The notes below the pieces were generated by a model. It was not told the origin of the DNA and made no database searches. It saw only the letters and a list, made by a program, of their open reading frames with translations. From assembly GCA_963667785.2 (NCBI GenBank), contig CAXXMU010000006.1, forward strand, positions 992,001 to 1,056,000: a stretch of DNA of 64,000 nt. The letters run 5' to 3'. The position numbers and the translations under genes were made by a program. Below, one piece after another: positions 1 through 9,239 of this stretch. The stretch is from Alphaproteobacteria bacterium. Its GTDB lineage: Bacteria > Pseudomonadota > Alphaproteobacteria > UBA828. Position 1 is the first letter of the stretch, and each line of letters opens with the position of its first letter.

Positions 1-1221
1 CGCCAGCAACCCGGCGAAGGCGCGGAAGTAGGCCGCCGCGGCATCGCCCTCGAAACCCAGCAGTGTCGCCAGCGTCGGTGCGCGCGCTGCAGAACGGCGC
101 ACCCTGTCGAGCCGGTCCATCACCGGCTTTCTCTCCTCCTTGGTGCCCCGCCAGTTGCGGCGCAGGATGGTCCTCTGGTTAACGATCTTGGCGGCGATCA
201 GGTCGCGCGCAAAGCGCAGGCAGGCAGCTTCGTCGAAGCTCGCCCGGTACTGCGCTGTACGTACCTCGACATTGCGGTGGCCGACGCCGTGGGCAATACC
301 CCGGAACCAGCCGCCGTGGCTGTGGAAGGTAACCGGAATTTCGCGCTCCATCAGCGCCCCGAGCACGGGCGTGGTGATGGCGACGTTGCCGAACAGTGCC
401 ACGTCGGAGACCTCCATCAGGCGCACCGTAGTGTCGCCCTGCTCCTCATCGACGATCTTGAGCATCTCTCCGGTCTTGGTGATACGCGCCCGCTGCGACT
501 GCACGACCAGCGGCAGCGCCTCGTCGGCGGGCACGGCGATAGGGCGGGGCGCGAGGTCCGATCCGCCGAGTGCGTTGACTTCGTCCGGTAGACAGACCGA
601 GACCAGGGCGCAGCGCGGGCACTTGGGGCTGTCCCGCAGCGGTGGTGGGATGCGCCCGTGGGCGACGGTGAGGCGCAGGCGGTTCACCGCGTCGTGTGTT
701 GCGTGCCGCAACCCGTCGTCCAGAGCGACGCGCACCCGCTCGCGGCTCTCCGCGTACCAAATCGCCCCTTCCTCCACGCGGTAGCCGTGCTCCTCCAGCA
801 GCAGCGCCTGGAGGCAAACCTGGACGCGCTCCGGCTCGTAGGCGCCGCGCGCGACATGTGGGCGCTTGCCGCGCTTGTAGTCGACCGGTGTCACCGCACC
901 GTCCTCGGCCTCGGCGACGTCGATCTTCGCAATTACACCGAGCCGCTCCGAGGAGAGGGTGAGCGCACGGCTGGCGATCTTCTCCGGCGCGTCCTCCAGC
1001 GCGTCGGGTGTCGGCAGGGGCGCGCTCGCGCGATCGACGCGGGCGTGGACGCGGCGCCCCTCCACCGTGTCGCCGGTCTCTGCCCATTCGGCTTGCACCC
1101 ACATGAGGTAGGCGAGACGCGGGCAATAGACGAATTCGTTCACCATCCGCGCCGGCACCAGCGGCACGTCGCCGCTCGCCGGCGGGGCGGGGAGAGAGAG
1201 TTCGAGTTGGGTGGTGGTCAG
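1..1221 (-). CDS. cas4/cas1: Cas4-Cas1 fusion, type I-G (runs off left edge)
   Basis: Manual translation of the minus strand (absent from the ORF track because it has no stop in the window). Cas4 motifs: MVNEFVYCPRLAYL, PVDYKRG, VQVCLQALLLEEHG, PKCPRCALVSVCLPDE. Cas1 region: VSEVALFGNVAITTP...HSHGGWFRG...HRNVEVRTAQY. Start is uncertain (CTG at 1221, just after the csb3 stop). Confidence 0.93.
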   Translation of the reverse strand, partial: MTTTQLELSLPAPPASGDVPLVPARMVNEFVYCPRLAYLMWVQAEWAETGDTVEGRRVHARVDRASAPLPTPDALEDAPEKIASRALTLSSERLGVIAKIDVAEAEDGAVTPVDYKRGKRPHVARGAYEPERVQVCLQALLLEEHGYRVEEGAIWYAESRERVRVALDDGLRHATHDAVNRLRLTVAHGRIPPPLRDSPKCPRCALVSVCLPDEVNALGGSDLAPRPIAVPADEALPLVVQSQRARITKTGEMLKIVDEEQGDTTVRLMEVSDVALFGNVAITTPVLGALMEREIPVTFHSHGGWFRGIAHGVGHRNVEVRTAQYRASFDEAACLRFARDLIAAKIVNQRTILRRNWRGTKEERKPVMDRLDRVRRSAARAPTLATLLGFEGDAAAAYFRAFAGLLA

Positions 1222-1226
1222 TGCAC

Positions 1227-2213
1227 CTAACCTTCTTCGGTCACCGTCCTGGCTCTCGTAAAACTCATGTATTTGCCGACATGAATCCTTCGTGCACGTC
1301 GGCGCTCAGCGATGCTAAGCGCTGCACGCGTCTCCTCGCGGTCGAGGTGCGGATGGTTGATCAACGCCCGCATGCCTGCAAGACTGACTGGTTCGCGCCA
1401 AATTGGCCAACCAAGAGTAATGAGGCGATCGATATCTCTCCCCCCACCAAGGATCGACAGTTCCGTTTCACCGAATTGTTTCCGCGGGACGACAGTCAGA
1501 ACAGAAAGGCCAATAGCAGCCAGCCTGTTGGCCCCATGTTGCGTGGGTTGCTTATCGTCAGTTGGAGCGCTCCGGCGTAGTGCGTGACGAGCATCTTCAT
1601 TCGGATCCCATCTGAAGGCACTCGTCTTGCCCAGTCCATCCGTCCTGTCTGGCCTCTTCCAAGCCTTGAACAGTGCTTCACATAAACAATCGTACTCGGA
1701 AATCTCGACGTTCTTCCTAGAGGATCCGCGCTTTGGCGGCGTTCGGCGATTCGCGACTGACTGGAAGGTCCTGAGGAAGTTTGTCTTGCCAGTACCAAGA
1801 AGACACAAGGGTGTAGGTCTTGTTTTTCCCTCCTTGTCAGTGACTACATTGCTGAGTAACGCTGCCCATAAATCAGCACTGTAGCGATCACTAATCGAAT
1901 TCGCAGCAGCGTGTTGGAGTTTCTCTCTGGCATGTTTTGAAGGAAGCTTAAGCTCCGTGAGATCATCGAACTCATGGTATTGTGCAAGCATGCCAAGTCC
2001 TTCGGCGACCGCCTCGATCACGGCGTCTCGATCCGCTACATCCGGAACTCGAAGAGCTGGGCGAAGCGGCGGCTCATCCACTGTCCAGGACACGCGCGGG
2101 TGCCAGCCTGCGCGGACCTCTTCGAGGGTGCGCAGCAGACCCAACAACGCCATGAAGGCCAGCAGGTTGTCGGGCTCCAGCCCGTCGAGACGATGAACCA
2201 CGTGGCTGGTCAT
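1227..2213 (-). CDS. csb3: Type I-G Cascade large subunit, short Csb3/Cas8u1 type (~328 aa)
   Basis: N-terminus LDGLEPDNLLAFMALLGLLR and FRWDPNEDARHAL / GANRLAAIGL motifs. Lies between cas3 and cas4/1, with ATGA overlap on the cas3 stop. Confidence 0.8.
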   Translation of the reverse strand: MTSHVVHRLDGLEPDNLLAFMALLGLLRTLEEVRAGWHPRVSWTVDEPPLRPALRVPDVADRDAVIEAVAEGLGMLAQYHEFDDLTELKLPSKHAREKLQHAAANSISDRYSADLWAALLSNVVTDKEGKTRPTPLCLLGTGKTNFLRTFQSVANRRTPPKRGSSRKNVEISEYDCLCEALFKAWKRPDRTDGLGKTSAFRWDPNEDARHALRRSAPTDDKQPTQHGANRLAAIGLSVLTVVPRKQFGETELSILGGGRDIDRLITLGWPIWREPVSLAGMRALINHPHLDREETRAALSIAERRRARRIHVGKYMSFTRARTVTEEG

Positions 2214-5152
2214 GACGCGCCCTCCTCCTCCGACGCCCGGTGGTCGGCAAGGCGTAGGATCGCCTCCAGGTGGGCCAGGCCCCATATCCCGTACCGCCGT
2301 TTGAGGTCGTCGAACAGGGACGGCCAATCGACGCCCTCGAAGTCGAAGGCCAGGGACTGCGGCCCCGGTTGCTCCGCCGTCAACCGCCATGCGGGAGCGC
2401 CGAGACATGGCAGCACGTTCTGCGCCGGTTCTGGATCGAGGAAATCGAAGAGCGGCCGCCCGAATCCGTGATGACTCCCGATCAGCCAGAGCACGAGGGC
2501 GGGATCGTGCACGTCCGCGAAGCGGGGATGCGCCCGCGCCATCCGCACCGAGAGCGCTTCGTGCCGCCAGCCCTTTGGTAGCCCGGCGCGTTCCCCCGCG
2601 CTTGGCGACCGGGACCGTCCGCTCTTGGCCAGCGGCGGTCCGTCGGGCCGGTTCCAGGGATCGCCGCCCGACAGCATGGTCTGAAAGCGCGGGTCCGCCT
2701 TGCCGGCGTCGTGCAGGAAGGCCGCAAGCCAAAGATCAGTGGCGACCTCTTTGAGGCCGATCGTCTTGGCGAAGCGTTTGGCCAAACCGGCGACGCGGTG
2801 ACCGTGATCGTCGAGGGACACCGGTTTGGCGGCGGTGTACGAAACGGTGTCGTCTTCGGTTGCGGGTGCGGCGGATTCCGGCGCGCCCTCGCCATCGACC
2901 CCGTGCGCCGCGACAAGTACGGCGCCACTCCCTCGGCCCTCACCATAGGGAAAATGAATGTCGATCCGTCCTCTGGCGCGTTGCAGCGCTTCCAGCGGCT
3001 TCCTCACGTCGCGGAGCGACAGGCCGTCATCGTCCGTAGCCTCGCCGTCTTCCGTCGTTCCGGTGGGAGGCAGTGCATCGAGCAGACGTTCCACCAGATC
3101 GGGACCGGCGATGCCGTCGTCCGCGAGCACCGTCGAGAGCCGGTCCCACTGGGCATCGGTTCGCACGATGTCGGGCGCGATCCGAACCACGCAACGCCGC
3201 CCCCAGAAGGGTCTTGCTGCCTCGTCGGTGATATCCTTCGCGGGACGGTCGGAAGTGGGTGCCCAGCCGAAGTCGTCGCAACCGCCGTAGTCGGCGGGGA
3301 CGATCACTATGTCGCCCGGTCGTAACTCCTTCGGCTTCACGACACCCGTGCGTGGATCGTCGGCGCCGGCCCAGCGGAAGGCGAGCCGCCCCTCCCGTCG
3401 ATTCCAACCCGCGCCCGCCTCATCGGCCGCGCGTTCCGGCGCGTCGGACAGGTTAGCCGGCTCATCCTGCACTTGACGCAGCCACGACCGGGCTGTCCAG
3501 AGCGGTACTTCGACCGCCTCGGCCGCACGCGGCGGGACAAGGCGAATCAACTCTTTGAGCTCGTCAGTCATGTCCGCAGTGGAGATATCACCGCGCCAGA
3601 CGATGGAGACTCCGGCGGCTGTCCGCTCTGCGCCGTGCAGGAAGAGCGAGACCTCGGGGTCTGCCGCCGGCCGCGGCCACGTCTGCGACCACAGATCGAG
3701 ATAAGCTGGCATGACGACCGGGGCGTCTGGCCGCTGCGCCACGAGACCGTCCTGATCGATGCCAGCTTCGTCGAGCCGCTTGGGCAGTGCCTCGACGCCG
3801 AAGTTCACATTGCCGTCTTCGGCAAGCTGTTGGAGTGCCCCCCATGTCAGGCGGATGCGATCGCCATAGACCGGATCGTCGGCCTTCTTGCCGATATCCT
3901 CGGAACGAGCCAGGATCGCGCCCTCGGCGGGAATCGGCCGTCCGGCGCGGTTCAGTCGACCGAAGCGCTGGCGCAGCGAATCGAGGGATGCGGCCTGGGT
4001 CACGAGACCGTCCAAGTCGAGATCGACCCCGACCTCCAGACACTGGGTGGCGACGACGAACAGGGGACTGGCTTCCGAGCGGAACTTGGCATCCGTTTTG
4101 AAGGGGGCAAGTCTCTTCGTGATCCCGGACCGGTCCACATCTCGGGAGCGCCCGATCAGCAAGACCGCATCATCGGCGCCACCGTTCGGATCGTCGCCGT
4201 CTTCGCACTTTGGATCGAGCGCCCCATAGATCGTTCGTGCCAGAGCGACCCGGTTGACGACGACGCCGACGGCGGGCGGCGAAACTCCTCGCTCCTTTAG
4301 CCGCAGCATCATCGCACGGGCGGTTTCGGCGAAGGCCCTGGCGACGACCGCATCCTTGCCGCGCTCGACCGTCAATGAGGTGGGCTTGGACGCCCGGAGC
4401 CGCTTCGTCAGTACGGGATGAGCGCGGTCCTCCGGCAGTAGTGGGAACGGCCGCTTCGCCTTTGCTCCCGGCGTGGCGGACAGGAGGGCCAACTTGACCT
4501 TGGCCCTGCCCACGCACCGCACGCTGGCAAGCGTCTGTCGGAACGGTTCCGACAGATGCGCCTCGTCCAGTAGGATCAAGCTGTCGGTGCCGAGCAGGCC
4601 GGCATGGACGGGCTTCATGCGGTCCGACACGCCGTAGCCGCGAAACAGCAGCCGCGAGCCGACCTGATCGACGGTGGAGCTAAGAATCGTCGGTTGCGTC
4701 GGCGTGCGCGCCCAGTCATGCTCGAGCGGCGCGCCGCCGCGAAGCCGCCGGGCGATCAAGGGCGGCGCGCCCTCGCCCGCCAGCTGGCACAGGCGGGCAG
4801 CAACGTCCTTGAGAACTTCATTTGCGCCCGCTTCAGGATTGAGAGCGCTGCAGATAGCGTTGGCGGTTCTCTCGGCGCGCGCGAACGCATCGTCCACCAC
4901 GAGACGGCGGTCCACGACGAGCGCGATCCGCAGGGCAGCTCTTCCCGGCTCATCGGCGCGCAGCGCCAGATGGAACACGGCAGCATCCAGGGCAGCCGTC
5001 TTGCCCGTGCCGGTCGGCAGGTCGAGGACGTCGGGCCATTCGTCGCGTTTGGCGAGCTGTTCCACCAAGGCTTGTTGCCAAGGGAACGGGTCGTGGTCGT
5101 GGATCGCCCGAAAGAACCCGGAGAAGTCGGAAGGGCCGAGTTCCATGCTCAT
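2210..5152 (-). CDS. cas3: Type I-G Cas3 helicase with C-terminal HD nuclease
   Basis: LPTGTGKT, LLDEAH, LSAT, ATQCLEVGVDLD, QRFGRLNR; C-terminal HD motifs LHDAGK, RHE, SHHG, LRLAD. ATG at 5152 overlaps the csb2 stop. Confidence 0.95.
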   Translation of the reverse strand: MSMELGPSDFSGFFRAIHDHDPFPWQQALVEQLAKRDEWPDVLDLPTGTGKTAALDAAVFHLALRADEPGRAALRIALVVDRRLVVDDAFARAERTANAICSALNPEAGANEVLKDVAARLCQLAGEGAPPLIARRLRGGAPLEHDWARTPTQPTILSSTVDQVGSRLLFRGYGVSDRMKPVHAGLLGTDSLILLDEAHLSEPFRQTLASVRCVGRAKVKLALLSATPGAKAKRPFPLLPEDRAHPVLTKRLRASKPTSLTVERGKDAVVARAFAETARAMMLRLKERGVSPPAVGVVVNRVALARTIYGALDPKCEDGDDPNGGADDAVLLIGRSRDVDRSGITKRLAPFKTDAKFRSEASPLFVVATQCLEVGVDLDLDGLVTQAASLDSLRQRFGRLNRAGRPIPAEGAILARSEDIGKKADDPVYGDRIRLTWGALQQLAEDGNVNFGVEALPKRLDEAGIDQDGLVAQRPDAPVVMPAYLDLWSQTWPRPAADPEVSLFLHGAERTAAGVSIVWRGDISTADMTDELKELIRLVPPRAAEAVEVPLWTARSWLRQVQDEPANLSDAPERAADEAGAGWNRREGRLAFRWAGADDPRTGVVKPKELRPGDIVIVPADYGGCDDFGWAPTSDRPAKDITDEAARPFWGRRCVVRIAPDIVRTDAQWDRLSTVLADDGIAGPDLVERLLDALPPTGTTEDGEATDDDGLSLRDVRKPLEALQRARGRIDIHFPYGEGRGSGAVLVAAHGVDGEGAPESAAPATEDDTVSYTAAKPVSLDDHGHRVAGLAKRFAKTIGLKEVATDLWLAAFLHDAGKADPRFQTMLSGGDPWNRPDGPPLAKSGRSRSPSAGERAGLPKGWRHEALSVRMARAHPRFADVHDPALVLWLIGSHHGFGRPLFDFLDPEPAQNVLPCLGAPAWRLTAEQPGPQSLAFDFEGVDWPSLFDDLKRRYGIWGLAHLEAILRLADHRASEEEGAS

Positions 5153-5736
5153 GCCTCCTGACGGCGGCAGAGCCCGAGCCCGGTAAACCGTCCGGCGCCG
5201 AGGAGAACGGGACCGGCAATCTCCTGCTCGAATTCGATGACAGCGTGGACCAGTCGCCGGCTCGACAGCACGTCCGGTACTTTCCAGCGCATCCATGACG
5301 GCTCCCCTGCCAGGAGCCGGGCCGGCGGCACACCTTCGAGCGCCGAATGCTTGCCAACCTGGACTCGGTCCGGATGTGGGCGCGGCAGGCCAGCGTTCTC
5401 ACAGGCCCTCGCGACGAGCTCCCGCTTCTCGGCCTCGTCTTTCCTCTTCAGATGGCGTTCTAGGACGATCGGCGTGACGCTAGCCCATATGCGCGACGGG
5501 TTGAGATAGGGGCCTGGCCGAAGGGAGCGTTTCCGCTCGCTATCGTCTGGCGCGGGTGCGAGGTGCAACGGCCCGCTCAGGAGCGGTCCCTCCAGCGTCA
5601 GGACGCGTCGTTCCTTGCCGGGGCAATAGTGCGCGACCGCCTCGAAGGCCGCACGGAGCCCCTCGACCCGGTCGAGCGCTATCCCGCGCGGCGGGATCAG
5701 CGCGAAGCCGAGGATCTGGCCGTCGGCATGGGGAAA
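5149..5736 (-). pseudogene. csb2: 5'-truncated Csb2 (Cas5/Cas6 fusion), cut by IS1595 element
   Basis: The frame stays open upstream of the listed ORF (FPHADGQILGFALIPP...WASVTPIVL...GPVLLGAGRFTGLGLC, with a G-rich Cas6 loop) and ends exactly at the IS left TIR at 5737. Confidence 0.9.
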
Positions 5737-5750
5737 GGGAAATTATATCC

Positions 5751-5779
5751 TTCACTAAGCAGAGTCGGCTTGCTACAAT
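5751..5779 (+). promoter_or_regulatory. Putative sigma70 promoter for the transposase, overlapping left TIR
   Basis: TTCACT-N17-TACAAT with an extended TG, ending 25 bp before ATG 5805. Confidence 0.5.
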
Positions 5780-5804
5780 GTGATTGTTCAACGAGGACAG
5801 TGAC

Positions 5805-6791
5805 ATGAAGGCACCCGGCAAGGCGTATCGCGAGGGCATTTCCCTGCCCAAGTTGTTCAAGATGTTCCCTGACGATGCGACGGCAGAGCGTTGGTTCGAG
5901 CAAGAGCGTTGGGGGGAGGCAGGCAAGCCCTCTCACTGCCCGATGTGCGGGAGCGCCGATAAGCTCAGGCCCGTTCCCGCTCGCAAGCCACTCCCCTACT
6001 GGTGCGGCGACTGCCGGCGGCATTTCAGCGTTCGCACCGGCACCGTCATGCACCGCTCCAAGATACCGCTGCAGAAGTGGGTCATCGGCATCTATCTCTG
6101 GTCGGTCTCGCTCAAGGGCGTGTCGTCCATGCGTCTTCACCGGGACCTGGAGATCACCCAGAAGTCCGCCTATTTCATGGCCCAGCGGCTGCGCGAGGCG
6201 TGGTCTGCGAAGTCAGGCGGCATGGCCGGTCCGGTCGAGGCCGACGAAGCCCATTTCGGCGGCAAGCGGAAGAACATGTCGAACGCGAAGCGGAGGGAGC
6301 TGGCGGGGACGGGTCGCGGTGCCGTGGGCAAGACGGCGGTGGCCGGCATCAAGGACCGCGCCACCAACACGATTTCTGCCAAGGTCGTGGACAACACGAA
6401 CAAGGACACCTTGCAGAGTTTCGTCCGGGAGCACGCCAAGCCGGGCGCGACCCTCTACACCGACGAGTCAGGCTCCTACAAGGGGATGGGCGAGTACCAC
6501 CATGAAGCGGTGAACCACTCGGTCTCCGAGTACGTCCGCGATCAGGCACACTGCAACGGCATGGAGAGCCACTGGGCTCTCATGCGCCGCGGCTACCATG
6601 GGACGTTCCACAAGATCAGCCCGAAGCACTTGCAACGCTACGTCGACGAGTTTGCGACCCGGCACAACATGCGCTCGCAGGACACCATCAACATGATGTC
6701 CAAGACCGTCGCAGGGATGGACGGCAAGAGGCTGACCTACGCGGACCTGATCGCGGACAACGGGCTGGACTCGGGGGCGCGCAGCGCCTGA
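5805..6791 (+). CDS. IS1595-family DDE transposase
   Basis: Zn ribbon CPMC...CGDC, HTH region, VEADEAHFGG, LYTDESGSY, VNHS, NGMESHW motifs. Confidence 0.95.
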   Translation: MKAPGKAYREGISLPKLFKMFPDDATAERWFEQERWGEAGKPSHCPMCGSADKLRPVPARKPLPYWCGDCRRHFSVRTGTVMHRSKIPLQKWVIGIYLWSVSLKGVSSMRLHRDLEITQKSAYFMAQRLREAWSAKSGGMAGPVEADEAHFGGKRKNMSNAKRRELAGTGRGAVGKTAVAGIKDRATNTISAKVVDNTNKDTLQSFVREHAKPGATLYTDESGSYKGMGEYHHEAVNHSVSEYVRDQAHCNGMESHWALMRRGYHGTFHKISPKHLQRYVDEFATRHNMRSQDTINMMSKTVAGMDGKRLTYADLIADNGLDSGARSA

Positions 6792-6813
6792 AAGCAACCG
6801 CCCCGCAGGTTGA

Positions 6814-7086
6814 TTAGCGGCCAGCCATGCGAAGTCTTATGCTCTCGGATTGTGCGCGCTCGATTCCATACACAATAAGATACGGTTTGATGCTCTTTAG
6901 GTGTTCAAACCACACACTATTGTCAGCATCTCGACGCGGGCCGAGGCCCCGCTCGCCCAGGATATCTTTATAAATCTCTATCCATGAACTGACTTCCGCG
7001 TCATATCCCCAGTTTACCTCGCGCTGGAGCTGCTCAATCGCACTCTCAAGAACTTGCGTAATGTTTTCGCGCTCGTCAGTGTTCAT
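6814..7086 (-). CDS. Hypothetical protein (IS passenger, low GC)
   Basis: 90-aa ORF immediately downstream of 7094-7381, with a balanced amino-acid composition. Confidence 0.55.
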   Translation of the reverse strand: MNTDERENITQVLESAIEQLQREVNWGYDAEVSSWIEIYKDILGERGLGPRRDADNSVWFEHLKSIKPYLIVYGIERAQSESIRLRMAGR

Positions 7087-7093
7087 AAGAAAC

Positions 7094-7381
7094 CTATGCG
7101 AACAACTTCAGGACCGCTGTAACAATAGCAGTCACAATAAGTCCCGTTAAAACTACCCCCGCGACGACACCCCTCAGTGCCCATACCTTCAGGGCTTGCA
7201 AATCCTCTTTCGTGGCAACCGTCTCAAACTGAGTTTCAAGACGCGTCAGTCTGTCGGCCAGTCGCATTTCCAGGCGCACAAGATCCGCTGTCGTCGCATA
7301 GCCGTTTGACCCATTACCACCAGCCTTACGGGCCCGCTCGGCGGCAATCTCAACTATGTTTTGATCATCGGACACGGCCAC
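7094..7381 (-). CDS. Coiled-coil protein with C-terminal TM helix (DUF1640/XhlA-like)
   Basis: GGAGG RBS; ATTADL/VATKEDL repeats followed by a hydrophobic C-terminus. Confidence 0.65.
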   Translation of the reverse strand: MAVSDDQNIVEIAAERARKAGGNGSNGYATTADLVRLEMRLADRLTRLETQFETVATKEDLQALKVWALRGVVAGVVLTGLIVTAIVTAVLKLFA

Positions 7382-7434
7382 CTCCGTTAGACGCGGCTAG
7401 CGCTTGGCCTTCAGCATCTTCTCTTGGCCGCCGG

Positions 7435-7713
7435 TCATCGACCTGTCTCTTCGCCTATCTCGAAGATTACAGGAGTCAACATCCATCTTCCACGATCATC
7501 CCGCGGGAGAATGAGCCCTTCGCGCTTCAGCTCATCAAGCGCCTCGAGGGTGGCTTCGTTCGAAGCACCCAGGAAGCGGCACAAGCTGCTGGGGTCCTTC
7601 AGATCCACTTTGCCGCTCATGCCTGAGGTCTCGACGATCCACAGGAGGGCCAGCTTGGCGGTTGGGCCGATCCCTTCCACCTTCATGGCAAGGCTGAAAT
7701 TCTCCGCGGTCAC
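7435..7713 (-). CDS. Small winged-HTH protein (IS passenger)
   Basis: GPTAKLALLWIVE...SSLCRFLGASNEATLEALDELKREGLI, a wHTH-like pattern. GTG start after AAGGGGG. Confidence 0.6.
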   Translation of the reverse strand: MTAENFSLAMKVEGIGPTAKLALLWIVETSGMSGKVDLKDPSSLCRFLGASNEATLEALDELKREGLILPRDDRGRWMLTPVIFEIGEETGR

Positions 7714-7745
7714 GGGCGACCCCCTTACGGTCAATGGCTATTTTA

Positions 7746-7774
7746 TTGCACAGCCGGACATAATGTCCTACCCT
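7746..7774 (+). promoter_or_regulatory. Putative sigma70 promoter with palindromic operator
   Basis: TTGCAC-N17-TACCCT; the spacer contains the palindrome GGACAT-A-ATGTCC (7756-7768). Confidence 0.5.
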
Positions 7775-7779
7775 GAATC

Positions 7780-7950
7780 TGCAACCATTCTCTCGGTGAT
7801 CCGCTCCGTCGGGTCGCCCGCTCAATACAATAGCCCGAGACCCGGCGCGGGGTAGCTCCCTGTGCTTGGCGAATAGGCGGGGCCTCGCTCTCACCGAGAG
7901 ATGGTTGCAACGGCCCGGCACCAGCCGGCGCCGTCACCCACGCACGGGAG
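7780..7950 (+). ncRNA. Candidate structured leader/antisense-type RNA
   Basis: 7780-7799 pairs with 7891-7909 (19 bp plus one bulge). Also hairpins GCGCGGGG-TAGCT-CCCTGTGC and ACGGCCCGGC-ACCA-GCCGGCGCCGT. Confidence 0.45.
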
Positions 7951-7956
7951 ACAGGC

Positions 7957-8187
7957 ATGAGGGCAGAGCATTCAACCAGCGGCGTCACCAAGGACGTTCT
8001 CGGGCCGCTGCACCGTCTATGGTGCTTCCTGTTCGCCTGGATCTACTACGCGGTCAAGGGAATGTGGGGGCCGGCAGCCCTGAGCTTCCTCACGTTCAAC
8101 GGGCTGCTGGTGATCATGCCGCTGTGGAACAGGTCCATCGTGCGCGGCTGGTACGAAAAACACGGGTGGCGCATCTTCGATGACTGA
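7957..8187 (+). CDS. Small membrane protein (DUF2628-like)
   Basis: GGGAG RBS; WCFLFAWIYYAVKGMW...WYEKHGW pattern with hydrophobic segments. Confidence 0.65.
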   Translation: MRAEHSTSGVTKDVLGPLHRLWCFLFAWIYYAVKGMWGPAALSFLTFNGLLVIMPLWNRSIVRGWYEKHGWRIFDD

Positions 8188-8241
8188 ATGCCGCTTCCCA
8201 ACCATGCTTTGGGCGGTTCTGAAGGAAAACGGGAGGCGACA

Positions 8242-8547
8242 TTGAAGACCATGGTTCTGGTGCTGGCCGGCTGCCTCATCGGGAATGCGGCAGCGGCCTG
8301 TGAAGTGGAGGACTGGCGCTGGTACCACACGGCGGCGCTGAGGGCGCTGGGGATTGAGGGGGTGGCCACCTGCGAAAGTGGCCGAATCACGCTGCGGGTC
8401 TATGACCAGACCGCCCAGGGGCGCAAGTTCTTGGGGGTGGACGAGACGTTCATCAACAACCGAGCATTTACCACCACGATCTTCGCTGTGGACCCGCGCC
8501 CTATGGATCCGGTGGTAGAGTTCGCGATCGAGCCCGATAGAGGTTAA
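8242..8547 (+). CDS. Small secreted protein
   Basis: GGAGG RBS plus TTG start; signal-peptide-like KTMVLVLAGCLIGNAAAA; two Cys in the mature part. Confidence 0.6.
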   Translation: MKTMVLVLAGCLIGNAAAACEVEDWRWYHTAALRALGIEGVATCESGRITLRVYDQTAQGRKFLGVDETFINNRAFTTTIFAVDPRPMDPVVEFAIEPDRG

Positions 8548-8813
8548 AGGGTGTCGAGGTGGCAGTAACCGTCGATGGTGATGCGCGCTTGGAGGATAGT
8601 GTCGTCCCCCGCGCAATCCGCGACTACCAGACCTCTTTCGTCGAGAGACCGGATGTAGAATGCGATCTCGTGATGATTGGCGAACCCGCACTGCATCATG
8701 AGTAGCTTGACGTCGTTCTGGTTCAGAGCAACACCGTCTCCCTGATGGGGGGCGAGGGCGTCGAAGTGCTTGAGCAAGCAGTCCAGCCGCTCCTGCGTTG
8801 TCATCCGGCTCAT
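8544..8813 (-). CDS. Small winged-helix-like hypothetical protein
   Basis: EIAFYIRSLDERGLV...ARITIDGY pattern typical of wHTH domains. Confidence 0.6.
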   Translation of the reverse strand: MSRMTTQERLDCLLKHFDALAPHQGDGVALNQNDVKLLMMQCGFANHHEIAFYIRSLDERGLVVADCAGDDTILQARITIDGYCHLDTL

Positions 8814-8923
8814 GACCGTGCTCCCGGGTCCAGAACGTTGTCGGCGATGATGCCCCTAGATGATTGACGCTGCAAGGAAAATCGGAATAATGGAGTAAGG
8901 GCTGCGACCCCGAGGGACGACTC

Positions 8924-9172
8924 ATGACAGGACCGAAGCGTGCAAGAAGCGTCGCGTTGCCGCCGGTGGAAGCCTCGCCGGAGGAGATCGCGCAGGCCAT
9001 ATTCTCGTTCAATCCAGACGGTTCGCCGTCGCAAGAAGGCTCTGCGCCAGCAGGCGAGCCATCTCCGGGACAAGTGCTATCGATACGGGTGCAGGAGGGA
9101 TCTCCCACTCATCAATGGCTTGAGGGGCAGCAAACTGAAGCACCACCGCGCTCAAAGGAACAATCGGCGTAG
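8924..9172 (+). CDS. Small hypothetical protein (IS passenger)
   Basis: GAGGGA RBS; plausible N-terminus PPVEASPEEIAQAIF. The 3' part overlaps an opposite-strand ORF. Confidence 0.45.
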   Translation: MTGPKRARSVALPPVEASPEEIAQAIFSFNPDGSPSQEGSAPAGEPSPGQVLSIRVQEGSPTHQWLEGQQTEAPPRSKEQSA

Positions 9173-9239
9173 CCCCTCCCTCGATCTCCATCGATACCGG
9201 AAACGTCCGCGCGTTCGTCATCAGATGAACCTTGGCCAT
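9009..9239 (-). CDS. Small hypothetical protein (IS passenger)
   Basis: GAGG RBS; 76 aa with an amphipathic C-terminal helix, VSIALVPEMARLLAQSLL. Confidence 0.5.
   Translation of the reverse strand: MAKVHLMTNARTFPVSMEIEGGATPIVPLSAVVLQFAAPQAIDEWEIPPAPVSIALVPEMARLLAQSLLATANRLD

Noticed and set aside
6814-7713. Anti-CRISPR/aca operon
   Set aside because: Small ORFs with an HTH near cas genes are suggestive, but I recognise no Acr/Aca similarity, so this is kept only as unspecified cargo.
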